Shown: one piece after another, positions 52,515-64,000 of the stretch
Layout: every line of letters starts with the position of its first letter
How positions within the stretch are numbered: the first letter of the stretch is position 1
NCBI GenBank assembly: GCA_905178155.1
Contig: CAJINV010000003.1
Location: 6,485,691-6,549,690 of the forward strand
Direction: 5' to 3'
DNA: 64,000 nucleotides
Source: Amoebophrya sp. A120
Taxonomy: Eukaryota > Protista > Dinoflagellata
The notes under the pieces: generated by a model
Seen by the model: only the letters and a program-made list of their open reading frames with translations
Told to the model about the DNA's origin: nothing
The model's database searches: none
Position numbers and translations under genes: made by a program

Positions 52515-54174
52515 TACCGACGTGGGTCGCTTTATTTCACAGCGTGAAAACAAGAATCGACTCGAGCTGAAAAGGACTTCGAGTCTTTAGGCAAGAAGTA
52601 GTGCGAATCAGTTTTGAAAGTAGTCATCGAGCTGTCAGTTCATAAATTGTATAAATTACGCATGTACAACAGCGCAAGTAGAAAGGCAAAGGAGCAAAAA
52701 AAACAAAAAAGCATTATGGGACGAGATGACAGTTCGATCAGAATTGATGTCATTTTAGCAAGACGATGAAGATGTAGACTCGCTTTATGTGTCTTCGACT
52801 TTTTTTTTCTGCGCGGTTCTTACTTCCCGCAGATCTCAGCAGGTGAAAGCGCTCTATTTTGTCGATCTCTTTACTCACTTCTTCGCGACAACGCGTAGTT
52901 CAACTTCCTGATGGTGACATTCCCCACGCGCGCGTTTTATTTTCAGTATGGCAAACGGACGAGATCTGTGCTTTGCAGAAGGCGAGAGTGTTGATTATTT
53001 GTCGTCTCTTCTGCTAGCCTTGCCTGCCATATCTACTACTAAGCGCAAGGCGGATCCAGTAGTTTAGTCTACTGAGCGAAAGGCGAGTATAGTTTAGTAT
53101 AGGACTGAAAGGCGGGCTTGTAGTTTTTTTTTTTCGTGCTGGAACTGTCTGGTCCCTGCCCAGCGGTCAGTAGAGATCAAATGGCAGATTATATATAATC
53201 CCTCTCGCAGGTCTTGCTCTTGGCCTATTTTGATTCCAGTTTCGTGTACTTTGTGTTGCTGTAATTCTGTTGTTTCATCGCAATACAAATCGCCATGCAA
53301 TTATTAAGTGACCTTTTTTTGATTTTTTTCTAGCTGCGTATTAGCACCTGCGCGTGTTGACCGCCGAACAACACTGGAAGGCTCGCAGTCCGTCTAGTCG
53401 AGCACCTAGTGCAGAAATCTCATCTATAGATATTTTTTTATACGAGTATTTCACGGTAGCTACAGCCCGACGCGCGTGCGGAACCGCAACAGGGTGGGAG
53501 ACACAAAGTCATGGCGCTGTGTAGCAGAGGCCGGTCGTTGGCCATGGTGTCCATGATCATAGTTGGATTCTTAGGATGGCCTCTGATCGCGCATGGACGG
53601 ATGTTTGCCCGGGTACCGGCCGGTTGTATGGGAGTGAATCGAAATCGAACCACCGCGTTCGCACTGCCCTTGGGATGCTAACCCGTTGTGTCCTTGCATT
53701 TTGCATTTATTTTCGTGTGTCGCAGTAAAAGAATGGAGCAAAGGTGACAAGCAAGCAAGAAGTTTAAGAAAAATCATGTCCCGAAGGAGTTTCACTGAAT
53801 GTTGAACGTCTGACCTCGCAAACGCATCATGGAAAGCACGAATGAAAAACATTCGCCTGCAGCTGTGCCTGCGAACGTGCTTGCTGTATGGGGCCCTTTG
53901 TAGATTATGCCCAAGCCCAAGAGCGGGGAATCATTTAGCAGATACATCACAGATGAAGCTGCTCGAACGTTCCTCTGCAGCAGCCTCTCTTTCATGTTGA
54001 AAGTGGGTTCTTCGAAGAGAGGTAAATAGAAAATAACTGGAGCGGGACCTAGCAGGCATGCTCTTTTACGTACTTGATTGCGCCAACCGTTAAATCTTTT
54101 GCATGAAACTGTGCAAGACCTGCATGATTATGCTCATGTGCGAGACCTAGACCGCACCTTCTCGTATCTTCTTC

Positions 54175-55928
54175 TTGTTTACTCAAGGACTACCAGTGCA
54201 GGGCGTGGTCTTTCACTTGATACGCTCGGGCGGCGGCGCACAGAGTCGTAGTGGCTCCCCAGCATCGTCGTCGGAGGGTAGCTCCTCCACAGGTGACACG
54301 AGCTCAGGCAGCGCCCCGGGCCAGCCACGAAGCAGTCGCACGAGCACGGAGCAGACGACATTGGAAGACGGCATCGTGGAATTTCTAGAAGAATCTCTGT
54401 GTTTCAAGGACCCCCTCCAGAAAGAGTGCTGCAACCCCTGCTGCGGGGCACCGAACGGGGATACGCTCAAGCAGGCCTTCAACCCCGGGGAAGAGTGGGG
54501 TTTGCTCCCAGCCCGTCCCCCCTGCGATCGCCGGCCGAAAGTAACACGGGAACAGCAACATAGTGCGCTGGTCGGGGAGCCTACAACTGTCGTAACACCT
54601 TGAAGGCTGATCTCACGCGACCCTGCGTAAGGGAAACGACGATGGATGAGTACAAGTTTTAGGTTCGCGCCATGATCTGCACACGGACGTCAGTTGTGCG
54701 TGTCGCTACCAGAGGCTGGTGTGTCCGACTACTCAGATCAGGAGGACTTTGCAGTTCGCCTGGTTTTGTGCAAGAAGGTTACTGGCCGTCTAGTGTAAGA
54801 TTTCGCTTGCATGCATGAGAAGCGACACTTTCTCCATGCTTCTAAGTTTAGTAATTGATGATGATGGTATCTATAATTCTTGGTATAGATGAAATGCTTT
54901 TGCTGGAAAACACGTTCATCATCTTCCTCTTGCGTTTCGGTGGCGAGGACAGTTTTCATTCCGATACTAGGCCGAAGACCCGGGCCGCCACGTCCCTGGG
55001 AGCCGGCGCAACCAGGCCTTGCCGGCGGGCGACCAACCATTTTGCCCTGACTTGGACCTCTGTGGCGAGGACCGGCTACCTCTCTTATGTTGCGGTCGAC
55101 ACCACACCGTGTTTCCGTGCGAGAATATCAAAGTGAAAAAAGCCCCCACCCCATACTGAAAAGACAATTTGTGATGCTGGATTTGTGTAAACAAAAAAAG
55201 CTCTGTGTTGCAGCAAGAGCTCGTCGGCATATTCTAAGTCCATTTGGTTACGCATCCGGCTAGGAGCTGCGCATGAGAAACAAGTCTGACATAGGCGAAA
55301 ACGTATGACAGACTGGCTGCACAATGCGCCACATGGGCGCCGTTTGCCTTGTACGCAAGACAAAGCTGATTTGTGTTCACAAATCAGCATCAGAAGTTTC
55401 CTTTCCGATATGGAGAGGGGGGATTTTTCCTCACAATAGAGAACTACTGCTGCGGGTTGACGCTCAGTGACATTTCCGCGGAGCCGTATTCGCCGAAGCC
55501 GCAGTGGCGGTGCCCGGGATATGACAATGAAAAATGCCCCACTCCAGAACGTGGCAGCATTTGTATTGCAAACTTTTCCAATTGTAGAAACATTCCCCGT
55601 CTTGCATGTATCGGCATCACAAATTTTCCATGCTATATGGATCAAATTTGTGTTGCAAAGGAGCGCAACAGCAGCCGGATCTGTTATGCAAAAGATACCT
55701 TACGGGCCTAGGTTCTGCATCAGAAAGGCTCGTAGTCCTTTCATGCAAGACAAAAAGCTTTCACTTGGAAACTTTGCATGAGAAACTTTTGCAAATTCCG
55801 CGGTGGGGGCATTTTTCATTGTAATGCGGGAGCTTTCGAAACCTGTCACAGCAATATCGTGCAGAAACTTTTTCCCAATGCCAGCCCAGCCTACGCCTCT
55901 TTCTCTTTCATGAAAAAGCAATGCTAAT
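54175..55928 (+). CDS. Cys-rich hypothetical protein, multi-exon (may be the 5' part of the next gene)
   Basis: ECCNPCCG exon; removing two introners gives HTVFPCENYCCGL...WRCPGAFETCH. Confidence 0.5.
55126..55438. mobile_element. Family-1 introner MITE
   Basis: Family-1 TIRs (GATATGGAGAGGGGGGATTTTTCCTCACAATA); perfect TSD GAGAA. Confidence 0.9.
55520..55826. mobile_element. Family-4 introner MITE
   Basis: 17-bp perfect inverted ACAATGAAAAATGCCCC; perfect TSD CGGGA; frame restored. Confidence 0.9.
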
Positions 55929-57736
55929 GCCTTGAGGAGGCGGAGGCCACAAAAAAACTTTGCGAGGTTTTTCTTGATGACGCAATTTCAACACTAAGCG
56001 TAGGCAAAAATATGGACTCCTTGAGGTGTGGGTGTGCCTAACTGATCGAATAAGTAGTAGGCACATAACAGGCATATAACAAGCCAGGACTACACAAAAG
56101 ATAAATATGACCACGGGCAGCCGGCCGGTATTAATTCGTTTTCCTGTGCGATATGCGAAGAGGTGCTCAAAGAATGCTTCGCGGACGGGGGCTACCTCCG
56201 AAAGGCTGCCTGCACATGCCCCTGGGGGATCGGTGGTTCCCAGTACGAGGCCATGTCGCCAGTATCCGACGACGAGGTTGCACGGGATGCGGAAAGTGGC
56301 GCTCGACGTAGACCCCGACCAAGTATTTTTATTTTTCTGTTGTTGTAAGTAAGTGGATGCGGATACTGATACTTTTTGTTGCTGGCGGGTCGATTTGTTC
56401 TTCAGCGCTAGGAGCTCCTGTTTCTCGTCAGTGACAGTCTCGAGCATCTTCCAGAACGGGTCGGTTTTCCGAAGCGTTTTACTACGAAAATTGATATGAT
56501 TTTTCAAGCCCTTTTTTATCGTCATGGCTTCAAGATCATCTACCTCATGGGGAACTGTGAAGCGCTGAGGCTGACGTTGATGGTGCACCATTTGCAACTT
56601 CCTTGAGACCTCACTGTACGTGATGACAGAACAAGATGACTGGCCGTGCAGTATGCTCAATCTTGTGCGAGCACCTCAACCATCGCCTTCCTCTCTTAAC
56701 AACTACAGGACCGCTCCTCAGTGGAGCAGCATCGCATCGCACCGCGGCAGTGATGCCGCGCGGCTCCGTATGGAGAAAAAAAGCCGCCGCTACAAAAATC
56801 CTTAGCAAGATGACGATGAGATACTTGTCTTGCACGTCGACAACTTTCTGTTGTATTGTAGCAGCGCAAGGATACAGAAACTATAATCAGTATATGTTTT
56901 TCAACAACAACGAACATACATGCAGTCATTCAATGAATGCAATAGAATATACCTATGCTTTGGTAGTAATGCATGGTTGGTCTTGTTTTTCGTATTCGAC
57001 AAAAAAGTTGTTACAGTGACACCCTTGTAGTTGCACCAACTTCAGCAACTACACAGACTTTCTCTGCATCACAGAGGGACTTGCAATGCAAAGATCATAA
57101 GGGGAAACATGTGTGTTGCGCTGCTTGATGCAAGCATTTCCGGCAGGACAAAACTTGTCTATCTTGCTGCGTTTGCAACACAGTGTGTAACTGTAACGTT
57201 TTTCTCTGTGCATTTTTCGCGCATACGGGGGAGCAGACGATCAGCTGGCGGCCGAGCGCGACGCGGTGGTGGACGGGATTCGGGAAAGACTGGAGGCGAG
57301 GTTCCAAATATCCTGAGTAAAAAATAAGTCCCTGCTCCACAGTCAAGATGGAAAATCTGAGACACAAGCGCAGATGCTGTGGAAGTCACGCATGACTACA
57401 AGGTTAGCTAGGCGGTGCCATCGTGCCTAGGTGCTAGTGCAGATGACGCGTTGTAATGGAGTCACCCTGGTTAATATTCCGATGAACGCATGAAAAAGTT
57501 GCAAACGCGGCAGGAAAATGCCTCTCGCGGAGAGCCGCATGAGAAACACCCTCCGCATGCAGACTTTTTGTAGAACATAAAGATTTTTTCGATGAGGTGC
57601 TGTCGGGGAAGCATGGCTCTTTAATATAGGGCAGGGATGTTTTTATTTAGGATGCTGCAGGGACGACCGGCGTAGTAGAGCCGAAATCCAGGCACTTGAC
57701 CGCCATTATGCGCGGAGTCCGGGTTGTTGTGACGAC

Positions 57737-60700
57737 GTGTGGGCACTTCCAGCCGCGGTTCGTGGAGTAGCTTTGCTCGCGAGTGCCACATTGCTCGGCG
57801 CGCCAATTTGGCTGGGAGCCGTGCTGCTTGAACCCCCGGTATCTGTCCTCTTCGGTCTAGGGCTATCAAATGCAAAAGTGTCTGGGTCTGGAAGATTGCC
57901 AGGTTTGTCATGCATATTTTGCATGGCCCATGATGCCTGTAGTGCATGACTTAGCACCACAGATTTTTGGAAGGCTTCCTGATGCCTATTCCGCATGACA
58001 AATTCCTGATGCCTATCCCGTCGAAGTCGTTCGGACTAGGTTTATTACCAAAGTGGCGCCAGGGTTGTTATTTTAAAGACTGCGCTAAGGCAGCACCCCC
58101 CCTTCCCCAAGGGGCCCCCCGGGGCGGGCGCGGTGGCGGCTCTGCTAACGCGGAGCTCCAAAGTCCGACTCTACCTATGCGCATAAAAAGGGTGCGCGGA
58201 AGCAGGTCGGTAAGGTGCTTGAAAGGGGCATGCTTTGGGGTTGCCCGCCATCGTGATAGGGTCAACGTGTGTGACCAATAGGCCCCCAGTATATCATAGC
58301 GCGCAACCGACCACAAAAGCAGTAGCGTTTAACGTTTGTAAGAATAACCCCGCAAGGCAACACTGGAGCTCCACCTTGCTCGCGGGCTTGGATGGTAAAT
58401 CAGGTCAGCCACATCTAACGCCCACTGGCCGTATACACGCGTAAGAAATCGGAAACGGTTCAGCGGATGCGGTCGGGTGGTACCTGTAGGACGTGGAACG
58501 GGTGTCCACCTAGGGGTATTGGCAGAGGCTAAATCTGTTCTAACGCCACGGCATTGGCAGAGGCTAAATCTGTTCTAACGCCACCCTGACAGGAGTCAAA
58601 TGTCAAAACGATACGATACGATACTCGTAGCACAATCTGGCCTCCTCTTGCTGGTCATGCAATACAACATTTTGGAATCCAAAGACAGCATGACAAGTTT
58701 GGATCCTTCCAGACCCAGACATATTTGCATTTCATAAGGGCGAGCGACTTGCAATCGATGTTCCACGCTGGACTACAGACACTCTGCCAAGCCGCCCATT
58801 GTCGATCCCGCGTCTTGGCTAGCAGGCGAAAGCGATCTTATGGAAGGTGAAGAGACCAATGCTGAGGAGTCGGACGCCGAGGGTGAAGAAAAACTCGATG
58901 ACCATTTGCGCGTTGTCGGGAACTTGGAAATGATGCGATGGCTGGACTTTTTGCGGCAGCTCTCTTGGCTTGCAAACCACGCGGTGCCCCAGGATTTGTA
59001 CCACGAACACGCAGTCAATTCAATGCAGAACGCAGTGCACGCTGCCAGCTCTATGTTGGGCGGCGTTGTGCGCCAGTTCTCCGGAGCCGCCTCCAGCGCG
59101 GGAGGTTCACAGCCGCGGGCGATGGGCGGCGCAATGGCCCCGCGAGTGCACAACGGCCTGGTACTCCGGCGCCGTCAGAGGAACAAAAGGTTCACCATTG
59201 CGAGTTTTCCACAAGACACGCAAACTGAGCAACAGCAGGCCGGGCGCGCGAGTGCAAACGACATTCGGAATCCGACCCTTGCCGACCAATATTACGATCC
59301 TGAGTTGTATGTGCAGACGATGATGGATGGACGCAGCAGCCACCGCAGCTACTTCACAAACGACGAGGAGAAGAAGCTGCGCGACGTCGTAAACCCTGAA
59401 GGTGCGGCGTGGGGACCATGGCTCACGACCTTGACGGACGACCGTTTTTTTCGGAACGAGTTTTTCATATCATTTGGAAGAATTGCAATTTCCCGTGGCT
59501 GCACCACCCAATCAAACAGCTATAAATACGGGATTTAGATTATCTGCGTACGTCGACGCGCGCCAATGAAAATGAACACTAGGAGATGCTTGTTTTTGTT
59601 CCTTTCGAAAAAAGTTTAAGTAGATGGAGATTGTTCGCGCAGCGAACACGCTCCTTTCTCACGAAGTAAGTAGAGAGGCACGACGTGCAGGCTAAGCACA
59701 ATGAGGGGCCGCGTTTTTTCACATGGATATGTCAAAAAACGCGCGACGCTTGCGTATTGGGGGGTGCCTTTTGGTGCAGTTTGATACTTCAACAGCGAGG
59801 ACCACTGGAGTGATCTGTTGCAAAGCCTGATGCGACTACCGGAGAGTACCAATGCCGAAAAGCACTTTGCGCTCCTGAGTCCCTTGGCCTTTCTCCACTA
59901 CGAAAATCGCCGTTTGGGAAACGATATGCAAAAATGCAAACATATCTGGATCTTCATGTGAGAAAGTAAAGGCGTGTCGTAATACTGTCGTCCTGAGCGT
60001 GATACAAACATAGGTGCGACACATGGCCCACAGACACAAAGTATTTAATATTTTGCCGCTCCTTGCTTTCATCTGTCGGCGTTAGGCTTGGGCACCATCT
60101 TTACACATTGAATTTTGCCTGTGCGCAGAGGCCACATTTTTAGGACTTGGTAACTAGACTGAGGTGCCGCCCATGCTGTTTGGTCTGATGGATGTTTACG
60201 CGCGTAAGCGGTCTCGACGAATTGGTTGGACATACTGTGTGGCTCAGCCGCTGGAGGCGGCGAGTCGGTCGAGAACCTTACGCGGCCGCAGGTGACTGAG
60301 ATTGGCACGACCGTCGTCGAGCCGGGAGGGATGCCGTATAGGCCTCCTGTCCCTATTCTCTTGGTCTCTTTCTGCCCACCCTGACTCTGACCCCTTCTAG
60401 GGCCAGACACGTCTTGGCCTCCAATGAGGCGTCAGGAGTCTTTCTGTACGGTCTTAGTCTTGCCACGGCACGTGTGCACGCATCCTGACTACAACGCACC
60501 ACCGCCCTTCCAAGAGTATAGTCTAGCTCACACCAGAGCCGAAGGCTATGTGTGCTCTAGGGGTGAGGCCCACTGCCCGCCCCGCCACTTCTGAAGGACG
60601 CTCGCGGTGCGTTTCAGCGTTAGGGTGTGTGCTCGCGCACCACCAAACGGCGACCCAGCTCCCCTTCGGGGGTGGGGGCCGCTGTAGGCATCCATCGGTC

Positions 60701-63700
60701 CGTGAACGGACGAAGACCATACAGTATGGGCATTGGCACCTGCATAATAGTTAACCCTCTGCGCAGTATTCCGCGCAGGATAGATGATGATGATGATGAT
60801 GATGATCCTGTGGACGCCAGCCGTTACTCACTTCCCAACAGAGGTAGTGCGTTTGCATGGCATAGGCGAGCTGCAGCTCGAAGAGTGGGAGGGGGATATG
60901 CTCGGCAAGGGCATGAAGTTTCACGTGCCACTGCAGCTCGTTGTGGAGTACGAAAACCTGCTGCACGCAATCCCGAAGTATCCAGGAACGGATGGGTGGA
61001 TGTATTCCCTTATCACAGAGGAAAAGCTAACATACTTACTATCTATTTCCGCGAGCAATGAAATAATAACGCATTAATTCTTTGTGTTTGTCAGAGAGGA
61101 CGAGGAGGGCCAGGCCGCCATGCCGTAGGATAAATTGAATAACACGCTGTTTCTTTCAGCTTCGCAAGACAGAGTTGTTTTCATTTTTGCATATCCACCC
61201 TCGTGTAGCCTACAAGTGACGCTCTCGCTGTTCACCTGCAGGGGTTCTGGGTCCCTCAACATTACATTGACCTACTTATTTACCTGGTGGATGTTGGCGG
61301 AGGTCCATGCTCTGTCAGTTAAGTGTGTATTTTATTTCATGTTTACATTACGTGTTGCCATCAACATCTTCAAGTAATATGTACGCGCTTTTTTCTCTGG
61401 GATATCCCGCGCCGATCGCAGATTCATAGAGGGGTAGTTAAGTCTAGACTTTTCCGTTCCTAGAAAAATTGCCGCCGTCCGTCTATCGATTGTCTCTGCG
61501 TTTTTTGTTGCCGGTCGAGCACCACGATCATTTACTACTTGTTGGTTTTTTTTTTCCAAGAAAAAGGTCGCTCGTACCAGGGCCTTGAACCATTGACGCC
61601 AAGCCCAGGCACGAGAGAAAGAAAGAAAGAAAAAGGTTGCTCGGATCAATTTGATACATACAACAAGTTGTATGCTTTGGCTTTGCAGATCTGCATCTTG
61701 GAAGAGCTGCCTTGTCATCTTGCGAGCACCCTGAGCACGAAAATGATCTATGATGTATGTATGTATACATAGGAAGAATTTGAAGTGAATGTTGTCGCTT
61801 AGATGTGATCATATGAATCAATAATAATTTAATCTGATGCATGATGTCAGGAAAGGGAAAGGCAAAAGCTGCACTCAGGAACGTGTGCAATACCATTTTT
61901 GAATTCGCAATTATATTTCAGACTTGACCAATTGAATGCCAGACTGAATTTCTTTCTCCAACCATTTGCAGGCAGGAGCATCCGGATTTGCTTCCCGTTC
62001 CGTCCGGAAAGGCGGCTGCAATGGCGTTGAATTTCTATCTGAATTTGGGCAACAAGAGGTTGTATCAAATGTAAAAATGAAAATGTCTGGGTCTGGAAGA
62101 ATGCATGCATATTTCTCATGACCCATAATGCCTGTAATGCTTGAACTAGCATCGCAGACTTTTAGAGGGCTTCCTGATGCACCTTCCGCATGAGAAATGG
62201 CCCGTCTGTGTAGCAAAAACTGTACCCATTTTGCTGGTCATGCAATACAATTTTTTTTAGAGTCCAAAAACAGCATGACAAGTTCCAATCTTCCAGACCC
62301 AGACATTTGTACATTTGATAGGCTGGTAGAGAATGTGATGCTGCAGTTTATCCGCCGAGAGGAAACCGGTTCTCGGGACGATCGAAGGGTAAGCCGAGAG
62401 CTGATCACCGCCCGGCAGACCCACCTGAACAACCCCTACGCTGGCGGCCGCACGGAGAAAGTGCATACTAAGTTCATTCTACGGGGCGTGATGGGGTTTC
62501 AGGCCATCAAGCAGGCTTTAGCGACGCCGATGCTGGAAGGCATCTTCGAGCAGTTTGACCAAATGATGACACAGATAGACTCGCGCACCCGTGAGGACCA
62601 GGGACGAAGGAGAAGAGCCAAAACCGTTGAGGAACAGCTGCGCCACCGTGGTTGGTACTGTCCCATCACACAGGAGATCATGCAGGATCCAGTGGTTCTC
62701 CAAGTTGATTTAGAGTCACTGGGTGCCCAGCTAGTTCCTTCGATGGTTGGGCGCGTTGTGCAGGGCGGGAGCACCGTTGCTACGGGTATGGCGCGATGGT
62801 GGTCGGCCCGCCGGGACGCACCTGACGAACCGACAAGGGAGTTGGAGGACCAAGAAGAGCTGGAGGACCAGCAGGAGGCTGGCAACGTCGAGCAGCCATC
62901 GTCCCGGCCGGGTGACGGTTCTGAGGACGACCGCCGGAACTTACCGGAGGTTGAAGCCCTCTACGTGTCCGTGCGCCCTGGCAAGCTCCGCTATCCAGCA
63001 GTTCACGACAATAATGTTTCCTGCCCAGAGAAGGCAGCAAATTCATCTGAGAGGGTGTTGATGTAGTCGGTGCGAAGTTCTTTCTATTTGGTTTTAGAAC
63101 TATATGTTGCACTTTCACATGCGTTCTCTTACGTACGTGGTATAAGTAGATAGTACACAGGCTAGCGCGAGACACGCTTTAGACGTGTTTTGAGGTCTTC
63201 CAGGCCTACCATGCAAGCAGAAAGCGCCCTCCGTTATAGACAGGCGCACAAATAAGACGGCAGTCGGACCAAATCAATGTAACACAGTAGCCGTTGCAAT
63301 TGCTACTTCGGCGCGACGTCGACAGGGGCCGAGTCGTATAATCGAACTTTTATCTGCATATTTGCATGCTCCTGTCCCTGGCAATGGCAAGTTTGCATGC
63401 TGCGTCGCCTCGGCATCACTGCTCAGATAAAAACCGCAATAGCCAACCGAGACCTCGGGCGGGGAACGATTTTCATACGATAGCCTCCCCAACTACATCC
63501 AGGAGGGTGCGGACATGTGGATTCCGCGGCAGCCACACAAACATGTCTTCGAGAGGCACGCCATTGAAACCCACCTGAGAGCGTATAGATACGATGCTTA
63601 TATTTACTTAGTTCGCTGCTGTTCTTCTTTTTCACAACTATTGTCAACCCGCTCGTCGTGTTCTCCAGGTGTTTGTAGACTTTAAGTCAGCTGCATCAAC

Positions 63701-63925
63701 GAAGAAATCCAGTTGTTATTAAAGTACACTTCTTTGTCCGATCTGGAGCTCTACCAGCGGAAACAGAGGGTTCTGCGCCTACTTGAAGAGAGAGCATCGT
63801 CCTCGAGCTTGTATTCCTATCTAGAACGGGCGGTCGCTCCGCGCCCGCCGGCCCGGCGACGGGGGGGTGCAAGGGGGAGAGAGGGGAAAAAAGCGTGGCC
63901 GCCAGAGGCCAGCGATGCATGTTGA
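57737..63925 (+). CDS. Large multi-exon protein with hydrophobic segments and a U-box-like motif (both ends uncertain)
   Basis: Exons rejoined in frame across inserts 57864, 59468, 59925 and 62063; WYCPITQEIMQDPVVL at ~62650-62700. Confidence 0.6.
57864..58736. mobile_element. Family-2 introner with nested ~600-bp insert
   Basis: TATCAAATGC..GTCTGGGTCTGGAAG / CTTCCAGACCCAGAC..GCATTTCATA; perfect TSD AGGGC. Confidence 0.92.
58021..58624 (+). mobile_element. Nested retroelement-like fragment with (CGATA)3 tail
   Basis: Absent from sister copy 62063-62320; internal 32-bp duplication (58518/58553); short tandem tail. Confidence 0.5.
59468..59786. mobile_element. Introner-type intron
   Basis: TATCA/TGATA ends; TSD TTTCA/CTTCA; joins RNEFF|NSEDHW. 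Confidence 0.85.
59925..60864. mobile_element. Family-2-like introner with nested (GAT)n-tailed insert
   Basis: TATGCAAAAATGCAAAC vs reverse complement TATGCCATGCAAAC; flanks AACGA/GGCGA; joins RRLGN|ELQLEEW. Confidence 0.7.
60070..60806 (+). mobile_element. LINE/SINE-like 3' fragment ending in (GAT)8
   Basis: GC-richer block, small hairpin CTGCGC..GCGCAG just before the (GAT)8 tail; 5' end approximate. Confidence 0.45.
62063..62320. mobile_element. Family-2 introner MITE
   Basis: TATCAAATGTA..ATGTCTGGGTCTGGAAGA inverted at right end; TSD GGTTG/GGCTG; joins LGNKRL|VENVMLQ. Confidence 0.92.
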
Positions 63926-64000
63926 AACTGTGTTGGCGCGATAAGCGAAAAAGAGAAACGGTCTTCCTCCCTCGGCGGGAGCGAAAGAAGCGTGCGTAGG

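Noticed and set aside
59782-59784. Apparent in-frame TGA before YFNSEDHW, suggesting stop-codon reassignment
   Set aside because: It lies in the right TIR of introner 59468-59786; long ORFs elsewhere end normally, so the standard code suffices
60180-60640. Hammerhead ribozyme in the nested insert
   Set aside because: Hairpins exist, but I could not assemble a CUGANGA...GAAA core with matching stems
1-64000. tRNA, rRNA, snRNA genes or an autonomous transposase
   Set aside because: None recognised by eye; covariance-model and HMM searches would be needed to exclude them

Overview
Eukaryotic genomic DNA, most consistent with a syndinian dinoflagellate such as Amoebophrya. This is inferred from about 17 genes all on the + strand, a cold-shock-domain gene, and many non-canonical introns bounded by inverted repeats. 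Recognisable products are a SET/post-SET methyltransferase, a CSD protein, a FAM173-type methyltransferase, a thioredoxin-fold protein, a large EF-hand protein, a hemerythrin-domain protein, an NAD(P)-binding Rossmann protein and a protein with a U-box-like motif; the rest are hypothetical. The dominant hidden structure is an introner system. About 24 introns are MITE-like inserts with TA(T)...ATA inverted termini and a 5-bp target-site duplication (TSD). Removing the insert plus one TSD copy restores the reading frame and rejoins conserved motifs. They range from young copies (perfect TSD, shared families, no GT-AG) to old copies whose TSD has mutated into canonical GT-AG. Also present: an 860-bp MITE, a 1.55-kb GC-rich insert between 43-bp direct repeats, nested retroelement-like tails, a perfect 125-bp palindrome and a duplication across a 554-N gap. 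Exon boundaries were read by eye and are approximate.
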